From a phage, in the sequence record PZ445432.1: a stretch of 64,000 nt of DNA. The stretch is one strand, 5' to 3'. The notes under the pieces are model-generated. The model did not search any database and had not been told where the DNA came from. It saw only the letters and a program-made list of their open reading frames with translations. Positions 47,554 through 56,353 of the stretch are shown one piece after another (positions within the stretch are counted from its first letter, which is position 1; the number at the start of each line of letters is the position of its first letter). The position numbers were made by a program, and so were the translations under genes.

Positions 47554-48161
47554 TGTTTACACAACAACCTATTCAAGTAGTACCAGATCATGAACTGAAT
47601 ACATGGGATTATAGCTTTAAAGATTTAACTGCTACTGTACAATTCAAATCTATGAAGCTAACCTTTGCACACACTAATATTAAAGCATGTAAAGATTTTG
47701 AAGGTAGGCTCAACAACGCTCGTAAGATTTTTGGTACGGCTCGGATTCCAGCTGATAACCTTATTAACGCATTAATAGATGCGGGCTATAAACTCGTGAA
47801 GGCTGAGGTGAACCGCCCTAGTACTCCAGTAACTGTTAGTGATCCGTGGCAGTCAGGGCCAATTATAAGGTGGAACAGTCCTAAAATAACGTCGGATTTG
47901 CACAATGTTCCATGCGGTGGTGCGCTGTCGTCTAATCAGTCCTATCGAGTTGGGGAAGATTATGGGCCTTCTGCACAGTTGAAACATACTCAAGAAGCTT
48001 TTGAATCTGACATGAAAAGCGTAGCACCTGCAGATGCTGGAGTTTCTAGGAGTTCTGTTTGTACTATTCATTTTAATAATCCTAGTAAACATGGAAGTCT
48101 AGAAGATGCTATTATGGGGGCGTTGGGAGCTGCTCTTAATGAAGATAAGAGAGGTAATTAA
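47553..48161 (+). CDS. hypothetical protein
   Basis: ORF from track. Confidence 0.5.
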   Translation: MFTQQPIQVVPDHELNTWDYSFKDLTATVQFKSMKLTFAHTNIKACKDFEGRLNNARKIFGTARIPADNLINALIDAGYKLVKAEVNRPSTPVTVSDPWQSGPIIRWNSPKITSDLHNVPCGGALSSNQSYRVGEDYGPSAQLKHTQEAFESDMKSVAPADAGVSRSSVCTIHFNNPSKHGSLEDAIMGALGAALNEDKRGN

Positions 48162-48886
48162 TGAGTATTAAAAAGAATTTAGCAGAGATTATTAAATTAG
48201 CTAGAGCTTGTAATGGAAAATGTGTTTCTCAACTTAATGAACTAGAGGCACATGCAGTAGCGTTTTGTGCAGAGTTTTATCCTGCATATATTAACGCTAG
48301 TGGACAGCCGAAATATAATAAAGATGCAGAAGAAGTTACGTTAGCTCCTTCGTATATTAGTATACGTCGTCTGATTCAAACTGTTGACCCTAATATTAAA
48401 GGATTTTCAGCAGATTCATTCCATGTTTTTGCGGATAAAGAACTCCCACATTTTAAAGAAGGAAGTGCAAAGACAGCCCTAGAATGTTATCCTAATATTT
48501 TGATGATTCCACCTAAGCAATGTAAGTATGATCATCTTCCTAGACTTACAAAGAAAGTAGAACCACCTTATTCTTCTCTATCTGAATTAAAGCTAGGAAT
48601 TGTATCTACACTTGCGCAGGTTCATCTAAGTATAGTTGACGACTCAACAACATCTAATCCAGTCTTAGATGCTGCACATTATGAAATTTTACGTGACCCT
48701 GAACAGGCTAGAAAAGTTGCGAAGTCTGTTAAGTTTGACATCTCAACAATTCTTGATACGATGCAAGATACGAGACCTAGAGGAAGTGTAGATTATTCTG
48801 CGCTAAATTCCGAGTCATCTTACCTAGCAACATTCCTTTTCATGGCATCGAAGGGAATCATACTCAAAGTCAATCACGATGTATAA
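48161..48886 (+). CDS. hypothetical protein
   Basis: ORF from track. Confidence 0.5.
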   Translation: MSIKKNLAEIIKLARACNGKCVSQLNELEAHAVAFCAEFYPAYINASGQPKYNKDAEEVTLAPSYISIRRLIQTVDPNIKGFSADSFHVFADKELPHFKEGSAKTALECYPNILMIPPKQCKYDHLPRLTKKVEPPYSSLSELKLGIVSTLAQVHLSIVDDSTTSNPVLDAAHYEILRDPEQARKVAKSVKFDISTILDTMQDTRPRGSVDYSALNSESSYLATFLFMASKGIILKVNHDV

Positions 48887-48902
48887 ACGTTAACAAAATC
48901 TT

Positions 48903-48931
48903 CTTGACATTATTTGAGCTGTATGTTATAA
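48903..48931 (+). promoter_or_regulatory. perfect-consensus sigma70 promoter (TTGACA, 17 bp, TATAAT)
   Basis: ttgacattatttgagctgtatgttataat; no ORF for ~1.7 kb downstream. Confidence 0.6.
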
Positions 48932-49225
48932 TAATCTCATAGATTAAAAACATCAACTTGTTTTTACCTCTAGGCCGTAGATTTACATCATTCCTCGTAG
49001 GAAAACACTTGATGACGGTTCTGTTCGCAGGTTCTCGTCAATTGTTCTTCCTCCCCGAGACTCAGGAGGATGTATCAAATCGCACGCGCCTAGAGGGGCT
49101 AACTCTCATGAAATGGGGGTATATTAACTTTTAAATAACTGATAAATATTTAAAGGCAATATCTGTGTTCAAGATGATACACCTGTTGCCGCTCATCTGC
49201 TAGGATGGCACAACACTTTCTTCTA

Positions 49226-50065
49226 GACTCCTAAGTTTCTAGGAAATTGATAAGCACAAATTCTAGAGATCGCACAAAAATATTCATCGGATTTGCACAT
49301 ATTCTAGGAAATTGATAAGTACAAAAATATTCATCGGATTTGCACATATTCTAGGGCAGTTTCTCTCAAACGTTACACATACTAGGCGGTTAATATAGGG
49401 CGGTTATAGGGAGGGCGGTTATTTCTAGGAGACATTTTTTGAAAACACATTTCTGGATTTTACTGTCGGATTTGCACACTGCATTTCTAGAAATTTATGG
49501 TCGGATTTGCACAAACGCCTAAGTTTTTAGGAACATATAATCTCTTGAAAATGGCAGCATTATTTCGGGCCGAAGGCCCATGATTGCCTGAGTTTTTAGA
49601 GCCACAGGAATTTTCACTTGTCAAGCTATTTTGCCCCATTTTGCTAATAAAATTTTACTTTTTCTGCACCTATCTCAAATTTCCCCAAATTATCTCAACT
49701 CTTCCCCAAAACCCCGCAAATCAGGTGCTCCGCACCAATCCTGCGCCCACACCATTCTAGCCTCCCAAATTTCTCTCGCTCTCTCATCTTCTCCTCAAAC
49801 CTATACAATCACACACCCTCTCATCGAAGTCACAAAAATTTCATCGGATTCGCACAAATAAACCCATGTCGGATTTGCACATATTCTAGCTAATTCCACA
49901 GGATTGATGCGCAGCATCGGATTGCTGGAGTTTTTGGGAAAATTCGTCGTCGGATTCGCACATCACAAAAGTTTTTAGGGTCGGATTTGCACACTACCAA
50001 AAATTGTCGGATTCGCACATACACGCCCGCACGTAACACCCGTGGAGCAATGTCGGATTTGCACA
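49226..50065 (+). repeat. array of ~12 direct copies of core tcggat(t/c)(t/c)gcaca, some inside longer ~50-bp repeat units
   Basis: repeated atcggatttgcacatattctag, gtcggatttgcacactgc, gtcggattcgcacat and similar, all on one strand. Confidence 0.7.
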
Positions 50066-50071
50066 AAAGCG

Positions 50072-50089
50072 CAGGGCAATTGCCCTGCG
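50072..50089. repeat. 18-bp perfect palindrome gcagggcaattgccctgc
   Basis: read directly. Confidence 0.7.
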
Positions 50090-50094
50090 ACTTT

Positions 50095-50335
50095 GAATGA
50101 GAATCATTATCATTTAAGAAGTGGAATGCAAATGATAATTATTCTCATTTAAGAAGTGGAATGATTCTCATTTAATAAGTGGAATGCAAATGATAATTAT
50201 TCTCATTTAAGAAGTGGAATGAGAACTATTCAAGAAGTGAAACGATTCTCATTAAAGAAGCGAAACGATTCTCATCCTAGAAAGGGAATGCAAATGATAA
50301 TGATTCTCATTTAAAAACGGAAGTGAGAAACACTG
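50095..50335 (+). repeat. tandem degenerate repeats of (g)attctcatttaagaagtggaatg
   Basis: about 8 copies with variants aagaagtgaaacg / aagaagcgaaacg / aaaaacggaagtg. Confidence 0.7.
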
Positions 50336-50344
50336 TTATTTAAG

Positions 50345-50452
50345 TTATCCACAGACTTATTAACAGCACGATTTGACTTGACAGAATCCTAGCCATTTTG
50401 AGGCGTTATCCACAGACTTATCCACAGCTTATTCTACTGTATAAATATACAG
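50345..50452. repeat. left inverted module with three DnaA-box 9-mers (TTATCCACA) and 16-bp palindrome ctgtataaatatacag
   Basis: ttatccaca at ~50345, ~50406 and ~50418; palindrome at 50437-50452. Confidence 0.7.
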
Positions 50453-50648
50453 TATTCCTACGCAGTGAATAATTCTAATATAGGCCTAAAACGTCCTGAA
50501 TCGCATTCTAGCGCGTTTTATTTTGGCGGGGATACTAAAACAAGGGCAAAACTGGAGGAGGCTTAGAAATTAGTTAGCTCGCTAACGATCACACAAGGCG
50601 ACACGTAACACCCTAATCATTAGCAGGCTAACCATCGCGGGCGCGGTC

Positions 50649-50669
50649 AAATGAGAATCATTCTCATTT
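50649..50669. repeat. 21-bp palindrome aaatgagaatcattctcattt
   Basis: read directly; related to the gattctcattt repeat unit. Confidence 0.6.
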
Positions 50670-50709
50670 GAGGATTGGGGGCACTTCCTGATAATTGCCC
50701 CCGTGATTA

Positions 50710-50904
50710 TTAGTCCGGTAATTGATGCGTGATCTTCTCCTCTTCCCCGTAGGAATCGACTAAATGCTGATAATAACCATCATGATCATAAATGACTTTA
50801 TCATATTCGCCCAGCTCGACCGCTTGCCGGTTTTCCGGAGTATCGGGCACATAAAAAACGTCAACCATTGTGGTAGTTTTGGTCACAATAATTTTATCGC
50901 TCAT
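50710..50904 (-). CDS. hypothetical protein
   Basis: ORF from track. Confidence 0.45.
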   Translation of the reverse strand: MSDKIIVTKTTTMVDVFYVPDTPENRQAVELGEYDKVIYDHDGYYQHLVDSYGEEEKITHQLPD

Positions 50905-50919
50905 AATAACGCCCCGTTA

Positions 50920-51114
50920 TTAGTTGACTATCTCAAAGATAGCGTTCTCAAGTGTCGCCCTTAGGATCCCATCGCGCCCTACTACGGAATACTTGAGATC
51001 AGGTATTTTGTAACGCTCAATTGCTTTGAGTAATTGATCTTTTTGGGCTTTATATTTTTGCCCTTCTCGCGCTATCGTGTCGCCTTCGGCTTTAATGCAA
51101 ATCAGTGTAACCAT
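50920..51114 (-). CDS. hypothetical protein
   Basis: internal ATG preceded by AGGGGG RBS; track ORF extends to 51201. Confidence 0.45.
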   Translation of the reverse strand: MVTLICIKAEGDTIAREGQKYKAQKDQLLKAIERYKIPDLKYSVVGRDGILRATLENAIFEIVN

Positions 51115-51396
51115 AATAATCCCCCTAGTAAATATATTTTTGCCAATAGCGGCGAACGTTATCGCCACCAGCGGAATCATTAGCTGCCTTACTATTACCA
51201 ACGAAAATATATAATCTCATTAGTATTATTTTCCCCGCATTAATTTATACATAACTAACATCCCGCAAAACTGACCTAAGATAGTGCAGACAACAAGGGA
51301 TAACACAATATTGCCTATGGTGTTATAAGTAACCACACCAACAATAAGGGATAATGCATACCCTAGCAGGGCAATATAAACAGCCATATTATTTAC

Positions 51397-51732
51397 CTAT
51401 TTTCGAAACGCTGTTTCAATACTATCAGCCGTGGATTGAATATACGCGCCTTTCATTATCAGGCGCTCGGTGCATACTTTGCGAAAAATATTAATAAAAT
51501 CATCTTCATTTTCTGCGATTAACGCCTCCCCCATGACCTGAATATCACACGATGCAAAGGTCAAAAATTGAAACGCTAGTTCACGGGCGACGACCGCATT
51601 AATTTTATAATGCGCCTTTCCATCGTAAATATTAACAACGCCCTTATATTCAGGCGAAAGCTGATTTAAGTAGTTTGCTAATAATCCCGGGCGGCAATTA
51701 GTAACAAAGCGATTCCCTTCATAAATTACCAT
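51397..51732 (-). CDS. hypothetical protein
   Basis: ATG preceded by GGGAGG RBS. Confidence 0.5.
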   Translation of the reverse strand: MVIYEGNRFVTNCRPGLLANYLNQLSPEYKGVVNIYDGKAHYKINAVVARELAFQFLTFASCDIQVMGEALIAENEDDFINIFRKVCTERLIMKGAYIQSTADSIETAFRK

Positions 51733-51855
51733 TTTATAACCTCCCAATCAGATAGCCAGATAAAAGCATAAAAATCCCCAGCGAACTAGGGTCATTCTTA
51801 AACAAGGTGGCGGTAAAACCGCCAACCATTGCAAGGATAACAACAATAACGCTTT

Positions 51856-52068
51856 TCATAGTACCCCACGAAACGCAGCGTAAAAGGTGGCAAAGTGTCT
51901 AACCGTTTCAGCTATCACGTTGCCGCGCTTATCGAATTTTTTCTCGGTAACACGAAAGGCGTTTTTATTCCGTGCTACATATTCGATTTTACAATCTTCC
52001 CGCTCGAACGTGTTAACGTCCACCAGCTTAAAGCCTTTGGAACGAGCAAGGGAAACATTACGAATCAT
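51856..52068 (-). CDS. hypothetical protein
   Basis: ORF from track. Confidence 0.45.
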   Translation of the reverse strand: MIRNVSLARSKGFKLVDVNTFEREDCKIEYVARNKNAFRVTEKKFDKRGNVIAETVRHFATFYAAFRGVL

Positions 52069-52070
52069 TT

Positions 52071-52259
52071 TTATTCTCCTTTACTATTCATGCAGCCCAG
52101 CAGATAAGAAAATACAGCGACACCCGCGCCAATAATAACCATAGGTTTAGTATTTGCTAAACTGCAATAAGAATCCTGAATACCATAAGCGGTGGCGAAA
52201 AGAGTCAAAATAGCGCCCAAGATACCTGCTAAAAAAGCCCGAAAAATAACCATTTTCAT
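52071..52259 (-). CDS. small membrane protein
   Basis: two hydrophobic helices. Confidence 0.4.
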   Translation of the reverse strand: MKMVIFRAFLAGILGAILTLFATAYGIQDSYCSLANTKPMVIIGAGVAVFSYLLGCMNSKGE

Positions 52260-52299
52260 TCTCCTAGTTAGTGGGGCGAAAGTAGCGCCCCGTTATTAC

Positions 52300-52530
52300 T
52301 TACATTAAAACGATTTTGGCGGCTTGTTTTTTGGTGCAATGTTCTGCTTTCAGGGTATCCAGCAAAAAGCCCGCCGTTTGCTGATCGATTTGATCATTAT
52401 CATAAAGCGCCTGAATGGTAGTGTAAGTTTTAGCAATGCCGTATTCTTGCACCATTTCTTGAATGATCCAGCGATTTGATACCCAGCCTTTTCCAGTGAA
52501 AAGATGACTAGCAGAAGAATAAGCAACCAT
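52300..52530 (-). CDS. hypothetical protein
   Basis: ORF from track. Confidence 0.45.
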   Translation of the reverse strand: MVAYSSASHLFTGKGWVSNRWIIQEMVQEYGIAKTYTTIQALYDNDQIDQQTAGFLLDTLKAEHCTKKQAAKIVLM

Positions 52531-52648
52531 TATAAGCCTCCAAAATTTTTTGGGAAATTTTCAACCGTCCTCAAACGGTGTAAGGGCATTATAACAAAAA
52601 GGCCGCCATAATCGGCGACCTTTACAAAACTTTACATTAGATTATTTA

Positions 52649-53641
52649 TTACTCGTTTTCGGTGTTAGTGGTAAAAGTAGAAATATCGATACCTTTTACC
52701 ATTTCATCAATCATCTCAGCGATGTTAAAACTTTGCACCATTTCCAACATTGCCGCTTCCATAGCCGCTCCTGCTACCGCTTTCGCTTTCTGGTTATTCG
52801 GGGCGTACTGGTCAACCGCTACACTCAGCAGGTTAGCGATCACTACTCGACCGATCGGCGTATCAATATAGCCTTTAATCATAAATGGCGCTTTTTTAGC
52901 CGCTACTTTCGTGATTTGAGTTAGTGCAATTTTACCCGCTTCCAGTTTTGCAGCATTTACAACAGCGGATTTATTAGCGGCAACGATGTTAGCGATCTTA
53001 GTCATGGTATTTTTTCCTTTGTTTTCAGTGGTTTGAGTGTTAACGCTTTGAGTGTTAGAATTTACAGCATGTTTTTCTATATTGTCAATAGGCTGATCTT
53101 CATCTTTCCAGAAAGAAAAGCCCGCGCTTTCTATATCCCCATCGTATACGTATGGGTATACTTCCGACGGTAGCAAAAAATTGCCATCATCATCAAAGGC
53201 CATTACAGCCGCCAGACGATACCCGTCACCGATTGACCGATTCCAGCCAACTGATAAATAACGCCAAAATGAATCAAGAAAGTTTTCAACGTCATAAAGA
53301 TCCTTATCATAAGGCTCATAATTTTCTATTGAAAAAACTTCTAAGCCCGCCCCAGCATCATAGGCTTTTACTGTGCTACCTTTTACGATTATGAAATCAG
53401 TGTCCGGCCCCCTACTAGTAAGCAGGTGATTATCCCTATTATATAAGATAATAGTTGCCCCTTGCTTATATAATGGTAGAAAACTACTCATATCATAGGC
53501 GTCGAAATCATCAAAAAAATTCTGGTGAATATCTTCGGCCTTGTTAACAAAGTGCTTAATGCTGGTTGTTCTGCTACCGTCCAGCAGGTTGCGCAGCGCA
53601 CCTTTTAAGACGGTTGCGTTATCTGGTTTATATAGCCTCAT
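52649..53641 (-). CDS. hypothetical protein (330 aa)
   Basis: ORF from track; largest gene in the inverted-repeat-bracketed block. Confidence 0.55.
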   Translation of the reverse strand: MRLYKPDNATVLKGALRNLLDGSRTTSIKHFVNKAEDIHQNFFDDFDAYDMSSFLPLYKQGATIILYNRDNHLLTSRGPDTDFIIVKGSTVKAYDAGAGLEVFSIENYEPYDKDLYDVENFLDSFWRYLSVGWNRSIGDGYRLAAVMAFDDDGNFLLPSEVYPYVYDGDIESAGFSFWKDEDQPIDNIEKHAVNSNTQSVNTQTTENKGKNTMTKIANIVAANKSAVVNAAKLEAGKIALTQITKVAAKKAPFMIKGYIDTPIGRVVIANLLSVAVDQYAPNNQKAKAVAGAAMEAAMLEMVQSFNIAEMIDEMVKGIDISTFTTNTENE

Positions 53642-53907
53642 TTGTTGGCCTCCCTCGTTAATCGGTGAGTGAATGATAAAGGCAATTTTCTAGCATAGGC
53701 AAATATTATTTTACCTTTTTATTTTCCTTGCCTAGCGCCTAGTTTTATGCTAACCGCGCAGCGGTACAGTAAAGAGCAAAACACGGTGAAGCCACCAGGC
53801 CGACGCGTTGAGGCTTTACTTTAATATTACCCCACTGCGTTTAGCTCGTTAGAAAGCGATTTAGGCCGCTTAAAATTGATTGCAGTTGTTAACACTACCT
53901 TTTTACC

Positions 53908-54015
53908 CTGTATATTTATACAGTAGGATAACCTGTGGATAAGTCTGTGGATAAGCCCTTATATCGCCGCCTATTGTGTCAAATCATTTTGTGCTGTGAT
54001 TAAGTCTGTGGATAA
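53908..54015. repeat. right inverted module with three DnaA-box 9-mers on the opposite strand and palindrome ctgtatatttatacag
   Basis: tgtggataa at 53934, 53946 and 54007; palindrome at 53908-53923; reverse complement matches the left module. Confidence 0.7.
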
Positions 54016-54039
54016 CTTAAATGATAGTTTTTCTCACTT

Positions 54040-54420
54040 AGGCCGATAGTTTCTTATAGTGATTATTTTTATAGTGATTATTTTTATAGTTATTATTTCT
54101 CATTAATTTATATGTATATTATATAATATGAAATAGTTAGTTGGCTAATGAGATTTTACGGGATTAGTAGTCTGCTAATGGTTCAGGCTGTTACAATCCA
54201 CCAGCACGATTATCATTCTAGTAATTATTAGTCTGCTATCTTTCTAATACACAACAACAAATAAAAGTCAATTAATTAATTTTATAAAATAACTCATTTA
54301 GTCTTGATTTTTAAAAGTCAATACCTTTTACAACTATTTTTCAATTTTGCTTTTATTAAATATTTGTTAAGTCGAAAATAAGCCGCCTAAAACGCCCTAG
54401 AAAGCGGTAAAATTTTCAGG
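54040..54420. repeat. AT-rich region with short direct repeats (ttatagtgattattttta copies; agtctgctaa copies)
   Basis: read directly; adjacent to the DnaA-box module. Confidence 0.55.
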
Positions 54421-54765
54421 TATCCCATCATAAGGGGATAGCCCGTTTATCGTCACCTGATGGATTCTAGAAAAATCAAGTAGGGCAAGGCAAATATAAG
54501 TGAAAAAATTACTTGCCTATCTGCTATGTTTTGTGGTATCCGCGCGCCCGTTTCCTTTAAACTTGGGCAATCGCCGGACACCTTGCTTTCTTTACATTTC
54601 TTTACAAAAATAAGGTTGCGCCATTTTTGGTATTTGCTATTATTTACCTCGTAGGGCGGCAATGACGAACTACACGGCGGGAAGTTTACCGCCGCGCTCT
54701 TTAAAAATTGGGTATATCTTAAAGTCTATCGGCGGCAAACTTATACATTATAAGGAATCGCAGAT

Positions 54766-54969
54766 ATGAAACAAACTTTATTGATCACTGGCAAGCCAGC
54801 TAAAAAACTGGATGGCAATACTAGAAAGCTGTTGACAGTAGCGCAAAGATCAGTAAAATATCGATTTAAGCAGTACAAGAAAGGCCGCCAGCAAGGTCTA
54901 GAAATGATCTGGCGAAATATTATGATCGACCTAAAGGAAAATCATAAAAAACTGCAAAAAATTGTTTGA
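54766..54969 (+). CDS. hypothetical basic protein
   Basis: AAGGA RBS. Confidence 0.45.
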   Translation: MKQTLLITGKPAKKLDGNTRKLLTVAQRSVKYRFKQYKKGRQQGLEMIWRNIMIDLKENHKKLQKIV

Positions 54970-55134
54970 CAACCTAGCCGATAGGCTTTAAGATGTACCC
55001 AGTTCGATAAGAGCGATAACTTGATACAATTTGACGGCCGGTACTTGCCATAATGTGCCCCGCCCCCTAACTGGGATATAGCGGCCCGCGTGGAGTTCTT
55101 TAAATTGATTATATTGGCAAGCGGATTTTTTCTT

Positions 55135-55160
55135 ATTACCTGCTAGAAAGTAGCAGGTAA
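55135..55160. promoter_or_regulatory. palindromic operator-like site ttacctgctagaaagtagcaggtaa
   Basis: perfect 11-bp arms around a 4-bp centre, ~40 bp upstream of ORF 55198. Confidence 0.4.
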
Positions 55161-55197
55161 TGCGGAACAATCCACTAAATAAACTGGAGTTTATACT

Positions 55198-55449
55198 ATG
55201 CAAAACATTACTAATGCGCCGAAAGTTGGTCAATCCGTTTTTATCCCTTTCGTTACTAAAACGGACGAGGCAACCGGAAAGGCCGAACGCATCAAAGGCG
55301 CGGCGCTTATGCCGTTTGATGTGATTGATGCGGTATACGCTGAAACGGAACAGAGTAACAACGGGAAAACCGTTTTTAGCGTTCGCGTTAAATCCGGCGA
55401 CGTTGTAAAGGTTGCCCAGCGTAACGAAAAATGGGAAGCTGTAGCGTAA
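55198..55449 (+). CDS. hypothetical protein
   Basis: GGAG RBS. Confidence 0.5.
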   Translation: MQNITNAPKVGQSVFIPFVTKTDEATGKAERIKGAALMPFDVIDAVYAETEQSNNGKTVFSVRVKSGDVVKVAQRNEKWEAVA

Positions 55450-55552
55450 TATAGTGTTAACTTTATATTCCCCCAGTAGTTCGGGGGGAATATAACGATT
55501 AACATTATGTTAATCATTTAATCCCTTAAATTAAATCGATAGGAGCTATATC

Positions 55553-55969
55553 ATGACTAACGTTAAAGCCGAAAAATCCGCAAAATTTGCTTGGAATGAA
55601 GAAAACACCCAGCAGGCGGTTACTATGTATCAGCAGTTAATTAATGAAAACGGATTAGATTTTGCAAATAGCGACGGTTTAAAAGAGATTGCGAAAGCAG
55701 TTGGCGCGGCTTCTCCCGTGTCCGTTCGGTCAAAATTGACCAGCGCGAAAGCCTATCAAAAAAGCGATAAGCCGCGCAAAGTTGGCGGCGGCAGTTCAAT
55801 CCGCAAAGCGCATTACGTGCGCGTTATTGCAAAACATGCCATCGATTCCGGCATTATCAAGGACGCCGATGATCTGGCATCACTGGAAAGCGCAAAATTA
55901 GAAACGTTGGACGTCGTGGCGCAGATGTTAGGCGTTGCCGATGAAGTAAAACAAGCCGCAGGCGAATAA
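55553..55969 (+). CDS. hypothetical protein
   Basis: ORF from track. Confidence 0.5.
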   Translation: MTNVKAEKSAKFAWNEENTQQAVTMYQQLINENGLDFANSDGLKEIAKAVGAASPVSVRSKLTSAKAYQKSDKPRKVGGGSSIRKAHYVRVIAKHAIDSGIIKDADDLASLESAKLETLDVVAQMLGVADEVKQAAGE

Positions 55970-56058
55970 TAGTTATATCTTGCCCCTTCTAGCGAGGGGG
56001 CAATAATATAACTGTTTAGCGATAGTTATTTTCTTCCCCTAAATCAGGAGTTTTAAAA

Positions 56059-56256
56059 ATGATCTTTTACCCTACTGAATCGCTCATTCTAGGATTATTT
56101 ATTATGGCGGCCTCATTATTGTTTGCTTATTTCCAAAATGATCTGGATTCGTATTATTTTAAGCGCAAAGCTAAATTAGCAAAGCGGTTGGGCTTACTTT
56201 GCTTAATTGCCGCCGTTGCTTGTGGTGTTAGTTCTAGCCTGATGCCGATTAGTTAA
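56059..56256 (+). CDS. small membrane protein
   Basis: two hydrophobic helices. Confidence 0.4.
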   Translation: MIFYPTESLILGLFIMAASLLFAYFQNDLDSYYFKRKAKLAKRLGLLCLIAAVACGVSSSLMPIS

Positions 56257-56353
56257 ATATCGCAAGTTATAACGCCTATTATTTAAGGCGTTATATCTGG
56301 CAATATTGCCAATAACAAACGTTTTTTAATCCCTTTAATGGAGTTTTATTATT

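Noticed and set aside
49631-49861. 76-aa plus-strand ORF inside the repeat region
   Set aside because: It lies in G-poor, CT-rich low-complexity sequence, has no RBS and its translation is Pro/Ser-rich; likely non-coding.
49226-50335. Possible CRISPR array, given the many direct repeats
   Set aside because: Repeat units are heterogeneous in length and spacing, there are no uniform spacers and no cas genes; the pattern fits protein-binding-site arrays better.
50345-54015. Transposon or IS element bounded by the inverted modules
   Set aside because: No transposase or recombinase-like gene inside and no obvious target-site duplication; the inverted modules look regulatory or origin-like, though a past rearrangement cannot be excluded.
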